The notes under the pieces were generated by a model. The model saw only the letters and a list, made by a program, of their open reading frames with translations. It made no database searches and was not told the origin of the DNA. The position numbers and the translations under genes are program-made. From assembly GCA_963665325.3 (NCBI GenBank), contig OZ224045.1:2272001-2336000 (forward strand): a stretch of DNA of 64,000 nucleotides. The letters are read 5' to 3'. Shown here in pieces: positions 60,242-64,000 of this stretch. This stretch comes from Alphaproteobacteria bacterium (GTDB lineage Bacteria > Pseudomonadota > Alphaproteobacteria > Bin95). Position 1 is the first letter of the stretch. Every line of letters starts with the position of its first letter.

Positions 60242-60514
60242 TGAGTGTGCTCTCGGTATCTGATGGCGGGATGGTCACGTTGTTCGATGGTTTTCAGGCG
60301 TCGGGCCGGGCGTGACGGCGGGGGTGTCGGACGGCCGTCGGCGCGTCAAGCCGCTTCGCGGCTCCTGCGCTGCGCTCCGGCCCTTCGGGTGACCCGCCGC
60401 CGTCCCTCCGACGGAGTGCATCCATGGCCGTAAGCAAGCTTCCGGCCACGGGCCGGCCGCTTTACGCAGTGTGACAATGGGAGCGGTGTTACCCGTTACC
60501 GTTACCCTCTCTCC

Positions 60515-61513
60515 CTAGGGGTTCGAGGCGGTAACGGTTTTCGGTAACGTGTCCCTGCGGTCGTTGCCGTTGAGGGCGGCGAGGCGGTATCCGCCTTCGG
60601 ATGCGCGCTCGACGCGTCCTTCGCGGACGAGCCTGTGCAGCGCCTCGGCGACGGTTGCGGGCCGGGTTGCCGCGCGCTCGCGGATCCGGCGCTGGGAGAG
60701 CGGCGCGTCGGCGTCGGCGAGGGCCTGCAGGATGCGCCGTTCGGGGGTATCCGGCTCCGGCGCCTGGTCTTCCGGCGTCTCGCGCAACCGCAGGGCGGGG
60801 CGCTCGTCGTCGTCGGCGAGTTCGATCTCGAGGTCTTCGAGGCCAGGGGCGTCGCGATGCTCGACGGTCATGAGGATCTGGCGGTCTCGCCGGCGCAGGT
60901 ACAGATTCGAATCGCCCCAGGCGTGAAGTTCGCTGCTGCCGCGCAGCGCCTGCCCGGGCCGGGAGCCGCCGCTCTTTCGTGCGTGATGGACGAGGAGGAC
61001 GGCGGTTTCGAAGCGGCGCTGTATGTCGCGCAGGAAGCCCAGCATGGGGGCGACCTCGGCGACGGTATTTTCGTCGACGCCGTGCAGGCGCACGAGGGGG
61101 TCGAGGACGACGAGGCGGGGTGAGACGCGCTCCACCGTCTCGACCAGGCGCTGGCGATCGGCGCGATGGTCGAGACGCAGCGTGGGCACGTCGATGACGG
61201 CGATGTCGAGGGTCTCGAACGCGGTGCCTGCCGCCTTTGCGATGCCCTGGAGGCGTGCGCGCACGATATGGCCGGCGTCCTCGGCGGCGAACAGCAGCAC
61301 GGGGCCGCTTGCGGCGGGACGGAAGTGGCGCAGGCAGGGGACGCCGGCGGCGACCGCGACGGCGATGTCGAGTGCGAGGAAGGATTTGCCGCACTTGGGC
61401 TCGCCGCCGACGATGCCGACGCCCTGCTCGGACCACAACGCCTCGACCATCCAGCGGCGCGCCTGGGGGCGCTCTTCGAGCTCCGCCGGCGCCCGTGTCG
61501 GGAAGCCCTTCAC
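60515..61513 (-). CDS. AAA_25 / RepA-like ATPase with wHTH (copy 2)
   Basis: Identical to 20943..21941. Confidence 0.82.
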   Translation of the reverse strand: MKGFPTRAPAELEERPQARRWMVEALWSEQGVGIVGGEPKCGKSFLALDIAVAVAAGVPCLRHFRPAASGPVLLFAAEDAGHIVRARLQGIAKAAGTAFETLDIAVIDVPTLRLDHRADRQRLVETVERVSPRLVVLDPLVRLHGVDENTVAEVAPMLGFLRDIQRRFETAVLLVHHARKSGGSRPGQALRGSSELHAWGDSNLYLRRRDRQILMTVEHRDAPGLEDLEIELADDDERPALRLRETPEDQAPEPDTPERRILQALADADAPLSQRRIRERAATRPATVAEALHRLVREGRVERASEGGYRLAALNGNDRRDTLPKTVTASNP

Positions 61514-62343
61514 CGCCGCGCCCTCCTCGGCTTGGCGGGTTCGCCCAGGGTCTCGATGAAGAGCTTCTCGTCGAGGACCTCGCGCTCCTTCTCGGCGGCG
61601 GCGGCGAGCAGGGCGTCGGCCATGACGGTGAGCGCCCGCGGGTTGCCGTCGGCATGGGCGACCAGGGTGTCCTTGAGGCCCGCGGTCATGAGGCCGGGAT
61701 TGCCGGCCTGCTCGATCAGATGGTCGAGCAGGGCCGCGAGGTCGCCGGCCTCGGCCTTGGTCATGACCAGGCGCTGGCGGATGCGCGAGGCGATGGGCTG
61801 CAGATCGGGCTGGCGGAGCTTGTCGAGCAGGCGCGTGTCGCCGGCGAGGACGACCGAGAGGATGGCGCGCGAGTCGAAGTCGGTCGAAGCCAGCAGGCGG
61901 ATCTCGGAGAACACCGAGGGCAGCAGCTCCTGGGCCTCGTCGACGAGCACGACGGGGCGCATGCGGGTATCGTCGACATGGGCGAGCCAGCGCTCGCGCA
62001 GGCTTTTGAAGCTGGCCCAGCGGTTGTTGTACATCAGGTCGACGCCGAACATCTCGCCGATCTCGCGGTAGAAGTCGGACAGCCGGGAGGAGGGATGGGT
62101 GATGGCGGCGATGCTGAGCCCCTCGCAGCGGCCGAGACGGTCGGCGAGCAGGCGCAACGCCACACTCTTTCCGGCGCCGGGCTCGCCGGCGATCAAGGCG
62201 AAGCCGCCCTGGCGCACCAGGTGGCGCTCGATCCTGAGGCAGAAGCTGTCGACGGCAGGCGTCGCCATGAGACTGTCGACCGGCAGGTCGGTGGCGAAGG
62301 GGTTCCACTTGAGCCCGTAGAAGGTGAGCAGTTCCCGGTTCAT
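61510..62343 (-). CDS. ExeA-family / MuB-TnsC-like AAA+ ATPase (copy 2)
   Basis: Identical to 21938..22771. Confidence 0.88.
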   Translation of the reverse strand: MNRELLTFYGLKWNPFATDLPVDSLMATPAVDSFCLRIERHLVRQGGFALIAGEPGAGKSVALRLLADRLGRCEGLSIAAITHPSSRLSDFYREIGEMFGVDLMYNNRWASFKSLRERWLAHVDDTRMRPVVLVDEAQELLPSVFSEIRLLASTDFDSRAILSVVLAGDTRLLDKLRQPDLQPIASRIRQRLVMTKAEAGDLAALLDHLIEQAGNPGLMTAGLKDTLVAHADGNPRALTVMADALLAAAAEKEREVLDEKLFIETLGEPAKPRRARR

Positions 62344-63815
62344 GGCGCATCTCCCCGATCTTCGTCCTCGCCCGGACCGGGCGTCTTGTCATGGGGCAGC
62401 CAGGCCGGCGGCAGGCCGGTTGCGGCCTGGGCGTCGAGCATGCCCTTGAGCAGCGGCGGAAGTTCCCCCGTCCCCGCGCCGCCATTGCCATCGTTGCCGC
62501 CGGGGCCGGCGGGACGGCGCACGCCATCGGCGTTGCCGCGCTTGTCGAGGGGGTACAGCGTGCACAGGCGCTCGCCGCCTCGACCGTCGATCAGATCGAC
62601 GCTGGCGAGGTTCCAGCGCGCGTAACGGATCCAGGCCTCGCGCAGGTGGCGCCACGGCTGTGGCACCTGGTAGCGGATGCCCTCGACCGAGACGGTGCCG
62701 TCCGAGCGCCTGAGCGTGCGCTTCCTGGTGATGCGGAAGGCCGCCTTGAGCTCGGCCGAGCCGGGGCAGGATCTCGACGCGTCGACGCTCCCGGCCAGGC
62801 GTTGATGCGGCGTCATGCCGAGCTCGCGGTGCTTGCGGCGGTGATAGTCCTGCTCCAGCCAGGCGATGGTGGCGTCGTTGAGCATCTTCAAGGTAAGCGC
62901 GTCGACGCCTTCGAGCTGAGCCATCAGGCGCGATTCGACCGTGCCCCAGAACGACTCGATCTTGCCGTTCTGATGGGGGCTGTAAGCGAGCGTCGTGACC
63001 CCCGCGATGCCGAGCCGGTGCAACCCCTCCTCGACCTCGCCCGCGGTCATCGCCGCGCCGTTGTCGGTCAGCAGGGACCTCGGCAGACCGCGCTTCATGA
63101 AGGCCTGGCAAAGGCCGTGGACGAACACCTCGGCGGTCTCGGCGAGGTACCACTGAAGGTGGCAGCCGAGGCGCGAGTGGTCGTCGAGGAAGCCGAGCAG
63201 GATCGGCGTCTTCCACTCGCCCGAGGCGGTCAGCACGCGACGCTTGGCGCTGTGCATGTCGGCGTGCCACAGGGCGTGAGAGCGCGAGACCTCGTAGCTC
63301 AATACCTCGCGGGCTTCGACCGCCGGCCTGGCCTCGCTCTCATGCCACTTGCGCCGGCGCTTGCGTACCAGCCCGCGAGCCCGCATCGCCCGGGTCAGCG
63401 TCGCGTAGGACGGTATCGGGCCGAGCTCGGGATCGGCCTCGACCCGCGCGGCCAGATTCTCGTGATGAAGCTGCGCCGACCACGACGGATGCGCCCGGTA
63501 CTGCTCGTGCAGCGCCTCGATCAGCGTCGGCGACATCGCGCGCGGGCGCCCGGCATCGGCGCGCGGGCGCCGCTTGAGCGCCCCCACCGGATCGTTGTCC
63601 GCCGCCCGCGCCTGGTAGTACCAGCGCTCGATCGTGGACACCGCGAAGCGCACCCGGCCCTTGCCGGACGGGTGATCCCACTCGCGTTCGGCAAGCCGCT
63701 CAAGCTCGGCGTGCAGCCGCCCCGCCGGCGGCGGCGAGGCCAGAAGCGGCCCGACCACCGCGAAGCGCAACCGCGCCCACCGGTCGCGACGCTCGCTCCC
63801 GTCGTTGCTGTTCAT
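62340..63815 (-). CDS. DDE integrase/transposase (copy 2)
   Basis: Identical to 22768..24243. Confidence 0.9.
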   Translation of the reverse strand: MNSNDGSERRDRWARLRFAVVGPLLASPPPAGRLHAELERLAEREWDHPSGKGRVRFAVSTIERWYYQARAADNDPVGALKRRPRADAGRPRAMSPTLIEALHEQYRAHPSWSAQLHHENLAARVEADPELGPIPSYATLTRAMRARGLVRKRRRKWHESEARPAVEAREVLSYEVSRSHALWHADMHSAKRRVLTASGEWKTPILLGFLDDHSRLGCHLQWYLAETAEVFVHGLCQAFMKRGLPRSLLTDNGAAMTAGEVEEGLHRLGIAGVTTLAYSPHQNGKIESFWGTVESRLMAQLEGVDALTLKMLNDATIAWLEQDYHRRKHRELGMTPHQRLAGSVDASRSCPGSAELKAAFRITRKRTLRRSDGTVSVEGIRYQVPQPWRHLREAWIRYARWNLASVDLIDGRGGERLCTLYPLDKRGNADGVRRPAGPGGNDGNGGAGTGELPPLLKGMLDAQAATGLPPAWLPHDKTPGPGEDEDRGDAP

Positions 63816-63863
63816 TCCGGCATCCCCCTCGCTGCTTCGTGGAGGTGCCGATGATGCGGTGCC

Positions 63864-64000
63864 CTATCCGTGCATCATAGAAACGCTTTCTGCGGGCGAA
63901 GCCGGACCTGCGCCGAGCGCGCAAAAGCCGGTCCACGGCATCAGCCAGACCAGGCTCCGCAGCAGCCGCGAGCGGAAGCCACGGCCCCGCATGATGCGCA
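63864..64000 (-). CDS. Zn-ribbon/HTH protein (copy 2, 3' part only)
   Basis: Identical to the 3' end of 24292..24906. Confidence 0.7.
   Translation of the reverse strand, partial: RIMRGRGFRSRLLRSLVWLMPWTGFCALGAGPASPAESVSMMHG

Larger units (their letters stand above)
60242..64000 (-). mobile_element. Four-gene transposon, copy 2 (no IS1634; runs off the window)
   Basis: Starts TGAGTGTGCTCTCGGTATC, identical to 18596. The proteins are identical to copy 1. Confidence 0.92.

Noticed and set aside
15300-60300. CRISPR array or diversity-generating retroelement behind the repeats
   Set aside because: There is no regularly spaced repeat-spacer pattern, no cas or reverse-transcriptase gene, and no obvious adenine-specific template/variable repeat pair.

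Overview
GC-rich bacterial DNA, probably alphaproteobacterial. The Calx-beta/SRCR/cadherin-rich surface proteins and the vanadium haloperoxidase suggest a marine invertebrate (sponge-type) symbiont, but this is an inference. 0.7-12.5 kb holds ordinary metabolic genes: a PhnD-like binding protein, TPR protein, creatininase, MetX-like and other alpha/beta hydrolases, a methyltransferase, a phosphatase, two CoA-transferases, an MFS transporter and a VOC protein. 13.1-15.2 kb is an AlkB-type membrane monooxygenase fused to a degenerate GlnE-like domain. 15.3-64 kb is an accessory island built on a tandem array of five large autotransporter-like surface-protein genes, three carrying eukaryote-like SRCR domains. 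Four of the five, plus a decayed 5' stub, lie behind a shared conserved ~180-250 bp leader, and orphan beta-barrel 3' remnants lie between them. Cargo in the array: a Tat-exported vanadium haloperoxidase, an HU/MazEF/resolvase module, and a five-gene translationally coupled ubiquitin-like operon (Ubl, E2, JAB-E1 fusion, DUF6527-like protein, ClpP-class protease) with a divergent RHH regulator. Mobile elements: two copies of a ~4.4 kb four-gene TG...CA transposon (one with a 5-bp TSD and a nested IS1634), both inserted in barrel-coding sequence; an IS21 without TSD; and IS6/IS3 scars. No rRNA, tRNA or CRISPR array was seen.
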